A DNA stretch of 64,000 nt from a virus (taxonomy: Duplodnaviria > Heunggongvirae > Uroviricota > Caudoviricetes): the IMG/VR virus record IMGVR_UViG_3300021963_000025, positions 1 through 64,000 of that record; one strand, 5' to 3'. Positions 26,700 through 36,001 of the stretch are shown in pieces; within the stretch, counting starts at the first letter, position 1, and each line of letters starts with the position of its first letter. A program made the translations under genes and the position numbers. Below the pieces are notes generated by a model, which was not told where the DNA came from, ran no database searches, and saw nothing but the letters and a program-made list of their open reading frames with translations.

Positions 26700-27134
26700 A
26701 TGAACGCAAACGAAACACTTAAGCAAGGATTAGAATGGCTAAAAGGCCCGGAAGGACAAAAGTCGATGGAAGACTATTTTAATAAATTGGCACAAAGGGA
26801 TGCTATCGAACAGGCACGGGCCAAGAAACTTTTAGAAATGTACAGGGTTTGTGACGATTCAACCTTTGATTATTTAATGCTGGACATTTTAGAGAAGCAA
26901 GAGAAATATGACAAAAGACATTATTCAACCTATGGTGAAAGACCCTTACACCTTATGAATTTAATGTGGGAAATTGCATCAAAGGAAGGTGTTGAAATCG
27001 ACCCAATCGATGGACTAACCGAGAACTTTCCTTCAATGGTTTACGATTATTATGGGTACCAATTTGCAATCACACACGGACAGGGTTCGGTGTTGAGCGT
27101 TTATCGTCAAAATGAATTAAGATACCGTAGCTAA
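26700..27134 (+). CDS. hypothetical protein
   Basis: ORF. Confidence 0.55.
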   Translation: MNANETLKQGLEWLKGPEGQKSMEDYFNKLAQRDAIEQARAKKLLEMYRVCDDSTFDYLMLDILEKQEKYDKRHYSTYGERPLHLMNLMWEIASKEGVEIDPIDGLTENFPSMVYDYYGYQFAITHGQGSVLSVYRQNELRYRS

Positions 27135-27265
27135 TATGAAACATTTATCAATTGCACTAATTTACATAGCATTCTTTGGATTAATTGGAGGTGCATGCTA
27201 CCTTACAAGTTCAGCAACCCCTCTATGGGCCCTATTATTAACTCCACAGTATAGTACTAAAAGCG

Positions 27266-27640
27266 ATGAAGATTAAAGAACTTTTAAATAGAAAAATCGA
27301 CTCAAAGATATTATTTGACCTATTTTTAGGTGCACCTTTAAGAGCAATTTGGGATATGTTCAGTCGCAAGGTTGTCAAAGAGTCTAATACCAATATTGTT
27401 TATGATGTTAGGCGAGGTCAGCCTGTCGTTATCAAATCTGAAAAGATAATGTCTCAATATGAAAAACTATACGGTGCTGGAGAGGTGATGAGACCTGGAT
27501 TTGCACTCGATTCTGTTAAGTATGGAATTAAACGTGAGATTTGCGACCAAATTATGAAGGGCGACCTATTTGAATGGGCTATCGATGAAACTGCAATGGG
27601 CACTCGAGTTGCCGCAAGATTAATTGTTAATAAGTTTTAA
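27266..27640 (+). CDS. hypothetical protein
   Basis: ORF. Confidence 0.55.
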   Translation: MKIKELLNRKIDSKILFDLFLGAPLRAIWDMFSRKVVKESNTNIVYDVRRGQPVVIKSEKIMSQYEKLYGAGEVMRPGFALDSVKYGIKREICDQIMKGDLFEWAIDETAMGTRVAARLIVNKF

Positions 27641-27676
27641 AAATAAATTGGTAAAAGTTTTACCGATTGAAAACTT

Positions 27677-27705
27677 TTGTTTATATTTACATATAATTAA
27701 AAACC
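27677..27705 (+). promoter_or_regulatory. conserved promoter-like cassette motif
   Basis: ttgtttatatttacatataattaaaaacc upstream of CDS 27715. Confidence 0.5.
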
Positions 27706-27714
27706 AACAATAAG

Positions 27715-28584
27715 ATGATAACATTAGACCTTGTTAATCCAGAAAAATCACAAATCAAATACAAAATTAGTCAATTTCCTGACGGTCAACAAACAGTAGA
27801 CCTTACAGATTGGAATGACCTGTTAAGATATGATGATGCTGTGAAAATCAATTCGCGTTTAAATACCTTTAAGGACCTAGAACTGATTATTTGTGCAACT
27901 GCTGCCGTTCGTAATATTAAACCAAACCGCGAAATTGCTCTTTACGTTCCATATTTTATAGGAGCCCGTTCAGACCGTAAATTTGTTGATGGTGGAGTTA
28001 ATTACTTAAAGCAAGTTATTTGCCCAATCATTAATTCCTTAAACTTTGTAACTGTAGTTATATTGGACCCTCATTCAGATGTTTTAGAAGCCTGTTTGAA
28101 TAACTACGAGAAAGTGAATAACCACCTACTTGTAAAACATGCCCTTTCAAAGATTGATAATAAGAATGGTGCACAAGACAGAATTTGTTTAGTTAGCCCG
28201 GATGCCGGAGCCTACAAAAAAATCTTTGATGTTGCTAAGAAGTTTGGAATTGAAAACATTATCACCGCAACCAAAGTGCGAGATATGCGAAGTGGAAACA
28301 TCTTAAGAACTGAGATACCAACACTGAACCAACATGATGACTTAAAATATGTTATCATTGACGATATTTGTGATGGTGGCCGAACATTCATTGAATTAGC
28401 AAAAGCAATCAAAGGGAGTCGACCAACCGCTAAAGTCTACTTAGTAGTAACTCACGGTATTTTTAGTGCTGGATTTGACCAATTAAATCAATACTTTGAA
28501 GGTATTTATACAACTAATTCTTATTCTGATATAAAAGGTACCGCAATTCCTTATCACAAATTAACACAATTTAACGTAATATAA
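27715..28584 (+). CDS. ribose-phosphate pyrophosphokinase (Prs)-like enzyme; candidate ADP-ribose pyrophosphokinase (Adps-like) of an NAD+ reconstitution pathway
   Basis: PRTase type-I PRPP-binding loop YVIIDDICDGGRTF; N-terminal FPDGQ...VDL resembles the Prs FSDGE region; 289 aa, shorter than canonical Prs. Confidence 0.6.
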   Translation: MITLDLVNPEKSQIKYKISQFPDGQQTVDLTDWNDLLRYDDAVKINSRLNTFKDLELIICATAAVRNIKPNREIALYVPYFIGARSDRKFVDGGVNYLKQVICPIINSLNFVTVVILDPHSDVLEACLNNYEKVNNHLLVKHALSKIDNKNGAQDRICLVSPDAGAYKKIFDVAKKFGIENIITATKVRDMRSGNILRTEIPTLNQHDDLKYVIIDDICDGGRTFIELAKAIKGSRPTAKVYLVVTHGIFSAGFDQLNQYFEGIYTTNSYSDIKGTAIPYHKLTQFNVI

Positions 28585-28585
28585 C

Positions 28586-28783
28586 ATGGAAAACAAACCA
28601 AAAACAATATGGGTAGAGCAACTAGTATTAGTACAAGACCCAATTCTAGGTTCTAGATATGAACTACAAATGGTAGAAATAGAAGATACTGATGTTGTTA
28701 CTTCAGTAACACAAACTTTAACTAAAGAGCCTAAAAAGGCACCTAAAAAGGCACCTAAAAAGGCACCTAAAAATGAACAATAG
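28586..28783 (+). CDS. small protein with KAPKKAPKKAPK C-terminal repeat
   Basis: ORF; lysine-rich tripeptide repeats. Confidence 0.5.
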   Translation: MENKPKTIWVEQLVLVQDPILGSRYELQMVEIEDTDVVTSVTQTLTKEPKKAPKKAPKKAPKNEQ

Positions 28784-29270
28784 AGACAATAGAGAATTTA
28801 GAATGTACGGACTTGTTCCGTATAATATTAGTCCAATTCAACAAGGCATCCAGTTCGGTCATGCTGTTGTTGAATATGGGCTCGAGTTCTCTGAAACGCC
28901 AGAGTACCAAACATGGGCTAGAAGAGACAAGACCTTTATGATTATGAATGGAGGCACTACCAACAATACGGCTTTTATCAAAGGTACCCTTAACAATTAT
29001 TCTTTTGAACTAACCGACCGATGTATTCGTGTTGCAGAATTCCACGAACCAGATTTGGGAGACCAATTAACTGCCGTAGTTTTCTTGGTTGATGATAGGG
29101 TATACGATAGGGTAAATTGGCCTAACTATGATGGACCATATTATGCAGATATGATTACCCCAGAGGCGACTGCATATTATGAATGGAAGATGAAGTTTGC
29201 CGAAACTGAAGCGGAAGCAGACCAAATTGTATTCATGAGAGATTTCTTAAAACAATTTAGATTTGCATAA
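28773..29270 (+). CDS. hypothetical protein
   Basis: 165-aa ORF; stop overlaps next start (ATAATG). Confidence 0.6.
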   Translation: MNNRDNREFRMYGLVPYNISPIQQGIQFGHAVVEYGLEFSETPEYQTWARRDKTFMIMNGGTTNNTAFIKGTLNNYSFELTDRCIRVAEFHEPDLGDQLTAVVFLVDDRVYDRVNWPNYDGPYYADMITPEATAYYEWKMKFAETEAEADQIVFMRDFLKQFRFA

Positions 29271-29830
29271 TGAAAAGACAACTTAATGATTTTGTAAAAT
29301 CAGTGATAGAAGTTAACTATCAAGAAATAGAGGGAGACCTAATCAAATTGGCAAAACAGGGTACATTTGATGTAATTACACATGGTTGTAATTGTCTTTC
29401 AAATATGGGTGCCGGAATAGCACCTCAAATGGCAAAAGCATTTGGAGTAGATAAATTTCAAATGGAACTATGGGGTTCAACAATTGGAAAACTTGGATGT
29501 ATCGATTATGAAACATTTGTTATTGGTCAAAACGCAATTTGGTCCCTGGAGGATGCTGATAATAAATTGGGTGAACCGGAATTGGCAGTTGTAAATTCAT
29601 ACACTCAATACCGTTACGGTAAAAACCATACTGATGGAGTTTCAAAACCATTAGACTACGAGGCACTTACGCTTTGTATGCGCAAAATCAATACAACGTT
29701 TAGTGGTAAACATATTGGACTTCCAAAAATTGGAGCCGGACTGGCCGGTGGTGATTGGAATAAGATTAAAAAGATTATTCAAACAGAATTAAAAGACATG
29801 AAAGTGTCAGTAGTAATTTATAAACCTTAA
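29270..29830 (+). CDS. macro domain protein (ADP-ribose binding/processing)
   Basis: HGCNCLSNMGAGIAPQMAKAFG (macro N-x-N...G-x-G motif) and HIGLPKIGAGLAGG (second macro glycine-rich loop). Confidence 0.6.
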   Translation: MKRQLNDFVKSVIEVNYQEIEGDLIKLAKQGTFDVITHGCNCLSNMGAGIAPQMAKAFGVDKFQMELWGSTIGKLGCIDYETFVIGQNAIWSLEDADNKLGEPELAVVNSYTQYRYGKNHTDGVSKPLDYEALTLCMRKINTTFSGKHIGLPKIGAGLAGGDWNKIKKIIQTELKDMKVSVVIYKP

Positions 29831-29833
29831 GAA

Positions 29834-29989
29834 ATGAAAAAAATACTAGGATTATTAGCACCAGCGTGGTTAGGATTTGCATTATCATGCTTCGGTCATG
29901 TTTATTGGTATCAATGGGAATTTTATGCAATTATAGTTCCATTTTACATTTTACAATTAATTGAGAATTCTAATAAAGAGGAAATGTAA
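29834..29989 (+). CDS. small membrane protein (51 aa)
   Basis: Short hydrophobic ORF filling the gap; its stop overlaps the next start. Confidence 0.35.
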   Translation: MKKILGLLAPAWLGFALSCFGHVYWYQWEFYAIIVPFYILQLIENSNKEEM

Positions 29990-30477
29990 TGAAAGTTATT
30001 TTTCTGGACATTGATGGAGTTCTTAATGTAATCCCACAGGGACATGATGCTTACGGTGGAATATTTCATCCTAACTTTGTAGAAAACTTACAAAGAATTA
30101 TTGATGAAACCGGAGCAAAGATAGTTTTAAGTTCATCATGGAGGCACAGTGGTTTAAACAAAATGCTTGCAATGTGGGAGTTTAGAAATCTACCAGGAGA
30201 ATTAATTGGAGTAACACCAGACCTTTATAGATTTTTAGATTTTGAAGGACAAAGAACAATGGTTCGCGGAGATGAAATACAGGCAATTCTTAATAAACAT
30301 CCCGAGATAACAAATTATGTTATTCTTGATGATGACACTGACATGTTACCAAATCAAATGGGAAATTTTGTCTGCTGTTCAAATAATATTAACCATCCAG
30401 ATTGTATTGACATTGGATATGGTTTAACAAATGAATGCACAAATAAAGCAATAAGAATTTTAAATAGAGAAAAATGA
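29989..30477 (+). CDS. HAD-superfamily hydrolase/phosphatase
   Basis: N-terminal FLDIDGVLN (DxDG motif I); paralogue of CDS 39721-40296. Confidence 0.55.
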   Translation: MKVIFLDIDGVLNVIPQGHDAYGGIFHPNFVENLQRIIDETGAKIVLSSSWRHSGLNKMLAMWEFRNLPGELIGVTPDLYRFLDFEGQRTMVRGDEIQAILNKHPEITNYVILDDDTDMLPNQMGNFVCCSNNINHPDCIDIGYGLTNECTNKAIRILNREK

Positions 30478-30950
30478 GAGTAACAGATAAATTTGTATTT
30501 TTTTGGAATGGAATCTATTCCCAATGGCATTTAGCCCCAATGACAATAGGTAAAATTGAGTACAATTCATGTGAACAATACATGATGCACCAAAAGGCCC
30601 TACTATTTGGAGATGACGAGATTGCAGAATTAATCATACAAGAGGAGAATCCTAGAGAGCAAAAGAAATACGGTCGAATGATTAGAGGTTTCGACAAAGC
30701 AACTTGGGACAAAAATTGTTTGGCAATAGTATATGAAGGAAACTTGGCAAAGTTCACACAAAATGAAGACCTTAAAGCCGCACTACTATTGACAGGAGAC
30801 AGAATTATGGTTGAAGCATCTCCACTTGATAATATTTGGGGAATTGGACTAGACGAAAATGCTGAAGGTATTGAAGACCCATCATACTGGTTAGGTTTAA
30901 ACCTTCTAGGACAGGCAATTACACTTGTTAAAGGTCAATTAATGCCGTAA
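30474..30950 (+). CDS. NADAR-domain protein (YbiA-like; ADP-ribose/N-glycoside processing)
   Basis: FFWNGIYSQW, CEQYMMHQKALLF, TWDKNC, NLAKFTQNEDLKAALLLTG, VEASPLDNIWGIG align to E. coli YbiA signature blocks. Confidence 0.75.
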   Translation: MRVTDKFVFFWNGIYSQWHLAPMTIGKIEYNSCEQYMMHQKALLFGDDEIAELIIQEENPREQKKYGRMIRGFDKATWDKNCLAIVYEGNLAKFTQNEDLKAALLLTGDRIMVEASPLDNIWGIGLDENAEGIEDPSYWLGLNLLGQAITLVKGQLMP

Positions 30951-30996
30951 CTTTAACATAAATTTAACACTTTAAAGTTTTACCGTGTAAAACTTA

Positions 30997-31026
30997 TTGT
31001 TTATATTTACATATTAATTTAAAACA
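30997..31026 (+). promoter_or_regulatory. conserved promoter-like cassette motif
   Basis: ttgtttatatttacatattaatttaaaaca upstream of CDS 31034. Confidence 0.5.
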
Positions 31027-31033
31027 TATTAAA

Positions 31034-31789
31034 ATGAATAGAAAAGAAACCTTAATAAAAGGTCTAAGAACCGCAATTGATGCATTGAAAAATGACACAA
31101 TCAATTACAACTGGAATAACCAATGTTCATGTAACATGGGAGTTGTAGCGCAAGCAGTATTGGAACTTAGTTTTGATGAACTTAAACAGTTAAACAAAGA
31201 ACTTTTTAAACCTATAGACTCACTTAATAAAAAACGTAAAGAAGATGGTAAAGATAGAATTATGCCATCTTGGAAGAACGCTGTAAAATATGCATGTCCT
31301 ATTACTGGTAAAGATATGCCGGAAATTATCAATATTCTTGAGAGCAAGGGTATGAGTCGTGCAGATATCGTACATTTAGAGTTCTTAGAGAATCCAGCAA
31401 TTCTAGAGTTAAGTAGTATTAAAAAGATTGAAACTGTAACGTCAGTTCAAACAGGAACTGAAACCAAAGAATATCCAACAACACATTGGTTTTGGAAATA
31501 TTTTGGACACACTGAAAAGGTAGAAGTACCAATATATGAGCATTCAACCGCTTATGCGTACCCTACGGATTACTATCAACACAAAGAAAATGTTATCCTA
31601 TATCTTTCTGCTTGGTTGAATATCTTAACGAATGAAAATCTTGAAATCAAGGTTAAAGATACGAATGACTCTCGTAAGGAGGCTTCGATTAACTTAGAGA
31701 AAGAATTACTACATGCAGTAGCTGATGAAAATTTTGAAAGAGCCGCAGAGTTAAGAGATGCAATTGCTAAGAACTTAATAACTATATAA
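31034..31789 (+). CDS. hypothetical protein with C-terminal UVR (UvrB/UvrC-like) motif
   Basis: C-terminal LEKELLHAVADENFERAAELRDAIAKNL matches the UVR domain signature. Confidence 0.55.
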   Translation: MNRKETLIKGLRTAIDALKNDTINYNWNNQCSCNMGVVAQAVLELSFDELKQLNKELFKPIDSLNKKRKEDGKDRIMPSWKNAVKYACPITGKDMPEIINILESKGMSRADIVHLEFLENPAILELSSIKKIETVTSVQTGTETKEYPTTHWFWKYFGHTEKVEVPIYEHSTAYAYPTDYYQHKENVILYLSAWLNILTNENLEIKVKDTNDSRKEASINLEKELLHAVADENFERAAELRDAIAKNLITI

Positions 31790-32364
31790 TGAGTAGAACA
31801 GAATTTCACACCGGAAAATTATACCCAGTCAAAATTGAAACCAACCTAGAGGAAACTTGTAGAAGTATTGCGAACCGACATGGAGTTGAATTAGGTGAGG
31901 ATTGGCAAGAAGACTTTAGAGACTCTTTTGATGAGTACACCAATAAAAAAAGAAGTCAACCTGAGGAGTATTTTATCCACGGAGAGAAACTTTATAGAGT
32001 TATCGACCATGTAGAATCTGAAGATGAAGAGTACTTTATGAAATTGTCCCGAAATAGTGACGGAAGCATTTCATTTATGGGACAATTCTATAATGGAGGC
32101 ACATGTTTCTCTGAAATGTTGGAAGAGTCCTTAGACGAACTAAAACCATCTTATATAGACCAATTGAAGGCGACTGTTGATGAGATTATAGATAAACATA
32201 ACGAACAGGCTCCAATCACAGTTCCGGCCGCTGCAACATTAATTATGAAGTATCATGGCCGCGATGTTGCAAGAGAATTATTCAGTGGAGTATGCGAGGA
32301 ATACAAAAATGATGTATTTAAGTCTTCAGCGTATCAAGCAACTCTGCAAACTGTTATAAAATAA
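31789..32364 (+). CDS. hypothetical protein
   Basis: 191-aa ORF, stop-start overlap. Confidence 0.6.
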   Translation: MSRTEFHTGKLYPVKIETNLEETCRSIANRHGVELGEDWQEDFRDSFDEYTNKKRSQPEEYFIHGEKLYRVIDHVESEDEEYFMKLSRNSDGSISFMGQFYNGGTCFSEMLEESLDELKPSYIDQLKATVDEIIDKHNEQAPITVPAAATLIMKYHGRDVARELFSGVCEEYKNDVFKSSAYQATLQTVIK

Positions 32365-32437
32365 ACAAAATAAAAGTATTCTATATAATACACATAACCA
32401 GCATCCAACTAACGGCGGTTGCACAAATCCATATATT

Positions 32438-33262
32438 ATGAAAAATGACGCATTAGGCGACAGAATGAAAGAGTTCTATGAGGATAGAACCCGAATCAAA
32501 CTCCCAAGGAGAACCTACACAATTATCCGTATCGACGGAAAGGCATTTCACACCTACACGAAAGGCTTACAACGACCATTTGATGATGGACTTATTGAAG
32601 ACATGAATGCAACTACTGCATATCTTTGTAAGAATATCCAAGGTGCTAAGTTCGGTTATGTTCAATCCGATGAGATTAGTCTTGTTCTAACAGACTTTGA
32701 TGAACTTGGAACTCATGCTTGGTTTGACAATAATCTGCAGAAAATGGTAAGTGTTGCAGCTTCTATGGCAACTTCTGAATTTAATCGTTTAAGATTAATA
32801 AGAGCATGTAACGATAACATGGGAGATTATATTGAAAACTTATTAACCGAGAATGAAATTCAAAAATTCAGAATGGCAGAATTCGATGCCAGAGCTTTTC
32901 AAATTCCATTTATCGATGAGGTTGAAAACTATTTTATTTGGAGACAACAAGATGCTGTACGAAATAGTATCTCTTCAGTTGCACAAAGTCTTTATAGTAC
33001 TAAAGAACTACATGGAGTTAAAACCGATGGTATGCAAGAGTTGATTTTCCAAAAGGGAATCAATTGGAATGACTATGATTTTCGCAAGAAAAGAGGTGCT
33101 GTAATTGCTAAAGTAGAAACAACTTTAATTAAAACAATACAAGGTCCAAACGAAGAAGTAATTGAAACTGAATTTACCAGAAACAAATGGCAAGTTGTAG
33201 AAACACCAACATTCACACAAGACCGAGAATTTATTAAAGGACTATTAAAAACTTTAACATAA
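32438..33262 (+). CDS. Thg1-like protein (tRNA-His guanylyltransferase family; tRNA 5'-end repair/editing)
   Basis: IRIDGKAFHTYTKGLQRPFD and YVQSDEISLVL match Thg1 catalytic blocks (VVRLDGRNFHRF...KPND; YGQSDEYSFVF). Confidence 0.7.
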   Translation: MKNDALGDRMKEFYEDRTRIKLPRRTYTIIRIDGKAFHTYTKGLQRPFDDGLIEDMNATTAYLCKNIQGAKFGYVQSDEISLVLTDFDELGTHAWFDNNLQKMVSVAASMATSEFNRLRLIRACNDNMGDYIENLLTENEIQKFRMAEFDARAFQIPFIDEVENYFIWRQQDAVRNSISSVAQSLYSTKELHGVKTDGMQELIFQKGINWNDYDFRKKRGAVIAKVETTLIKTIQGPNEEVIETEFTRNKWQVVETPTFTQDREFIKGLLKTLT

Positions 33263-33296
33263 ATTTAACACTTTAAAGTTTTACCGATTCAAATGA

Positions 33297-33325
33297 ATTG
33301 ATTATATTTACATTATAATTAAAAC
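33297..33325 (+). promoter_or_regulatory. conserved promoter-like cassette motif
   Basis: ttgattatatttacattataattaaaaca upstream of CDS 33335. Confidence 0.5.
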
Positions 33326-33334
33326 AGATAAACT

Positions 33335-33577
33335 ATGACAGAATTAGAAAAATGGCAACTAGTTAATCAATGCGAAACTCCATTGGAACTAGAAAATGCA
33401 ATTGCAATGTTTGCCGATTCAGAAGGGATGATACAAGGCCGCGACAGAAAATTCCAAGCAGCCAAAATGATTATTGGCCTTCATTATTTTATGACCGACG
33501 AAATGCCAGCTAACGTTCTTACCAGAGAATATGGTATTAGACAACACGCAATTTATTTAAGAACTTTTAACAAATAA
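33335..33577 (+). CDS. hypothetical protein
   Basis: ORF. Confidence 0.55.
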   Translation: MTELEKWQLVNQCETPLELENAIAMFADSEGMIQGRDRKFQAAKMIIGLHYFMTDEMPANVLTREYGIRQHAIYLRTFNK

Positions 33578-33580
33578 AAT

Positions 33581-34156
33581 ATGAACTGGTTTAAAAAATT
33601 ATTCGGAATTAAAGAGGTAGAATCTAAAACTACAAAAATGCCCGTAGAGACTTTACGTAAAGCGAGCGAAGACTGGAAAAAATCAAAAGAGGCACAACAA
33701 AGAAGCACTTATAGACCTGCTAGGTATAATTCAACTGCTGCAAACCGAGTTGCAACTAATAACTCAAATGATGATTTTGCAACCTCAATGTTAGTTGCAC
33801 AAATGACCGATTCTGCCATATTAGGTTATGCTGCAGGCGGAAATATGGCCGGAGCAATGTTAGGAGATATGATGAATGATTCTGACAACACCTCTAGAGA
33901 TTCAATTGATAATACAAATGAAAGTCATCACTCACACGGAAGTGACTCTAGTGATTATGGGCATAGTTCTGATTCAACATCTTATGATTCCGGTAGCTCT
34001 TATGATTCTGGCAGTTCGTACGATTCTGGCTCTTCAAGCTCTTACGATTCTGGTAGCTCTTATGACTCTGGCTCTTCAAGTTCTTATGATTCTGGTAGCT
34101 CTTATGACTCTGGAAGTTCATACGATTCTGGTAGTTCAAGTTCTAGCGACTGGTAA
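33581..34156 (+). CDS. low-complexity Ser/Tyr/Asp/Gly repeat protein
   Basis: C-terminal third is (SYDSGSS)n encoded by tandem 21/27-nt DNA repeats. Confidence 0.55.
   Translation: MNWFKKLFGIKEVESKTTKMPVETLRKASEDWKKSKEAQQRSTYRPARYNSTAANRVATNNSNDDFATSMLVAQMTDSAILGYAAGGNMAGAMLGDMMNDSDNTSRDSIDNTNESHHSHGSDSSDYGHSSDSTSYDSGSSYDSGSSYDSGSSSSYDSGSSYDSGSSSSYDSGSSYDSGSSYDSGSSSSSDW
33955..34140 (+). repeat. tandem nucleotide repeats encoding SYDSGSS(SS) units
   Basis: Repeated tcttatgattctggtagctct / tcttacgattctggtagctct units visible. Confidence 0.6.
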
Positions 34157-34210
34157 TTGTTAATAACTTTCCAAAAATAAATTGAAAAAAGTTTTCGGTT
34201 TTAAAAAACA

Positions 34211-34240
34211 TTGATTATATTTACATATCAAAATTTAAAC
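34211..34240 (+). promoter_or_regulatory. conserved promoter-like cassette motif
   Basis: ttgattatatttacatatcaaaatttaaac upstream of CDS 34251. Confidence 0.5.
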
Positions 34241-34250
34241 AAATAACATT

Positions 34251-35720
34251 ATGAATCCATTATTTTTAACAGACGGTTACAAAACAGGACATCACCAACA
34301 ATATCCAAAAGGAACAACGTTGGTTTATTCAAATTTTACTCCTCGTAGTAATAAATATGCCCCTAAAGGATGCGACCAATTAGTAAGTTTCGGCCAACAA
34401 ATGGTAATGAAACAAATCCACGAGGCTTTTGAAAAAGATTTCTTTAGCAGACCAAAAGATGAGGTTTGTGGAGAAATGAAAAGAGAATTGTCGATGTATT
34501 TAAACACTGGCTATGATGTTAGCCACTTTGAAGCACTACATGATTTGGGTTACTTACCAATCGCAGTAAAATCAATTGAGGAAGGGTCTATCGTACCAAT
34601 GAAGGTACCTGTCTTGACAATTTACAATACACATCCAGATTTCTATTGGGTAACAAATTACTTAGAGACAGTAATCTCTAACTTGTTATGGAAACCAATG
34701 ACCAGCGCAACTATCTCTCACGCTTACCGTAAATTATTTACATCTTGGCAAGAAAAAACCGATGCTGAAAAAGGTTGGTTCGTAGATTGGCAAGCCCATG
34801 ATTTCTCAATGAGAGGTATGGACTCTATAGATGCTACAATCTCTTCAGGTTTGGGTCACTTAACAAGCTTCTCTGGTTCTGATAGTTTACCTGCAATCTT
34901 TGGAGCCAGAAAATTCTACAACGAAGAAGGATTTGTATCCGGTTCGGTAAATGCAACAGAGCACTCTGTAATGTGTGCTGGAAGTAAAGACGATGAGATT
35001 GGAACCTTCCGTAGATTATTGGAGACATATCCAACAGGAATTCTTTCAGTAGTTTCTGATACATGGGACTTATGGAAAGTTTGTACTGAACATGTTGTTA
35101 CCTTAAAAGAGGAAATTCTTGCAAGAGAAGGTAAATTGGTTATTCGTCCTGACTCAGGAGATCCGGTAGATATTATCTGTGGATATAATACAGATGGAGG
35201 ATTTTATTCAGAAATAGAAACTGCTGAACCATCATACAAAGGTGTTATTGAACTACTTTGGGACGTATTTGGTGGAACTATCAACGAACAAGGTTACAAA
35301 GTTCTAGACTCTCATATTGGAGCAATCTATGGAGACAGTATTACATTAGACCGTGCTGAACAAATCTTCCAAAGATTAGAGGCAAAAGGATTTGCAAGTA
35401 CAAACATTGTATTAGGGGTTGGAAGTTTTACATACCAATATAACACTAGAGATACATTTGGTTTTGCAATGAAAGCCACTTATGTAGAAATTGATGGAGT
35501 TGGTAGAGAAATCTTTAAAGACCCAATCACTGATGATGGTGTTAAAAAATCTGCTAAAGGTTTATTAAGAGTTGCTGGAGATGAAACATGTTTCTTATTA
35601 GAAGACCAATGTACTTGGGAACATGAAGCAACTGGTAAGTTAAAAACTATCTATTTGAATGGTCAATTTGAAAACCAAACAACTCTTACAGAAATTAGAA
35701 AACGTTTAACTAATCAATAA
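34251..35720 (+). CDS. nicotinamide phosphoribosyltransferase (NAMPT/NadV) family enzyme; alternatively Namat-like nicotinamide-ADPR transferase
   Basis: N-terminal LTDGYKTGHHQQYP parallels the NAMPT ATDSYKVTHYKQYP block; 489 aa, within NAMPT range. Confidence 0.7.
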   Translation: MNPLFLTDGYKTGHHQQYPKGTTLVYSNFTPRSNKYAPKGCDQLVSFGQQMVMKQIHEAFEKDFFSRPKDEVCGEMKRELSMYLNTGYDVSHFEALHDLGYLPIAVKSIEEGSIVPMKVPVLTIYNTHPDFYWVTNYLETVISNLLWKPMTSATISHAYRKLFTSWQEKTDAEKGWFVDWQAHDFSMRGMDSIDATISSGLGHLTSFSGSDSLPAIFGARKFYNEEGFVSGSVNATEHSVMCAGSKDDEIGTFRRLLETYPTGILSVVSDTWDLWKVCTEHVVTLKEEILAREGKLVIRPDSGDPVDIICGYNTDGGFYSEIETAEPSYKGVIELLWDVFGGTINEQGYKVLDSHIGAIYGDSITLDRAEQIFQRLEAKGFASTNIVLGVGSFTYQYNTRDTFGFAMKATYVEIDGVGREIFKDPITDDGVKKSAKGLLRVAGDETCFLLEDQCTWEHEATGKLKTIYLNGQFENQTTLTEIRKRLTNQ

Positions 35721-36001
35721 TGAATAAGAAAAACCTACCTCTATTCATATTAATTCTGGCAGCACTAGTAATCTTTATGGTTACTAGTTGCAAGCCAGAA
35801 AACTATGAAAAATATGATTTTAATTCACCAACTTCCGGGCGTTATGAATTGGATAGTACTTCACAATATTACGACCGACAATATAAAGTCTATACTCTTG
35901 AAGGTTGTGAATATATTATAGTAGATGTTGGTAATGGGAAATGGGGTTCTCATAAAGGAAATTGTAAAAATCCAATACACAAAGAAAATGCAAGTAATTA
36001 A
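35720..36001 (+). CDS. small lipoprotein
   Basis: LFILILAALVIFMVTSC signal peptide with lipobox. Confidence 0.5.
   Translation: MNKKNLPLFILILAALVIFMVTSCKPENYEKYDFNSPTSGRYELDSTSQYYDRQYKVYTLEGCEYIIVDVGNGKWGSHKGNCKNPIHKENASN

Noticed and set aside
33876-34163. Alternative-frame ORFs across the SYDSGSS repeat (plus 33876-34163, minus 33948-34139)
   Set aside because: Frame-shifted readings of the tandem repeat inside CDS 33581-34156.
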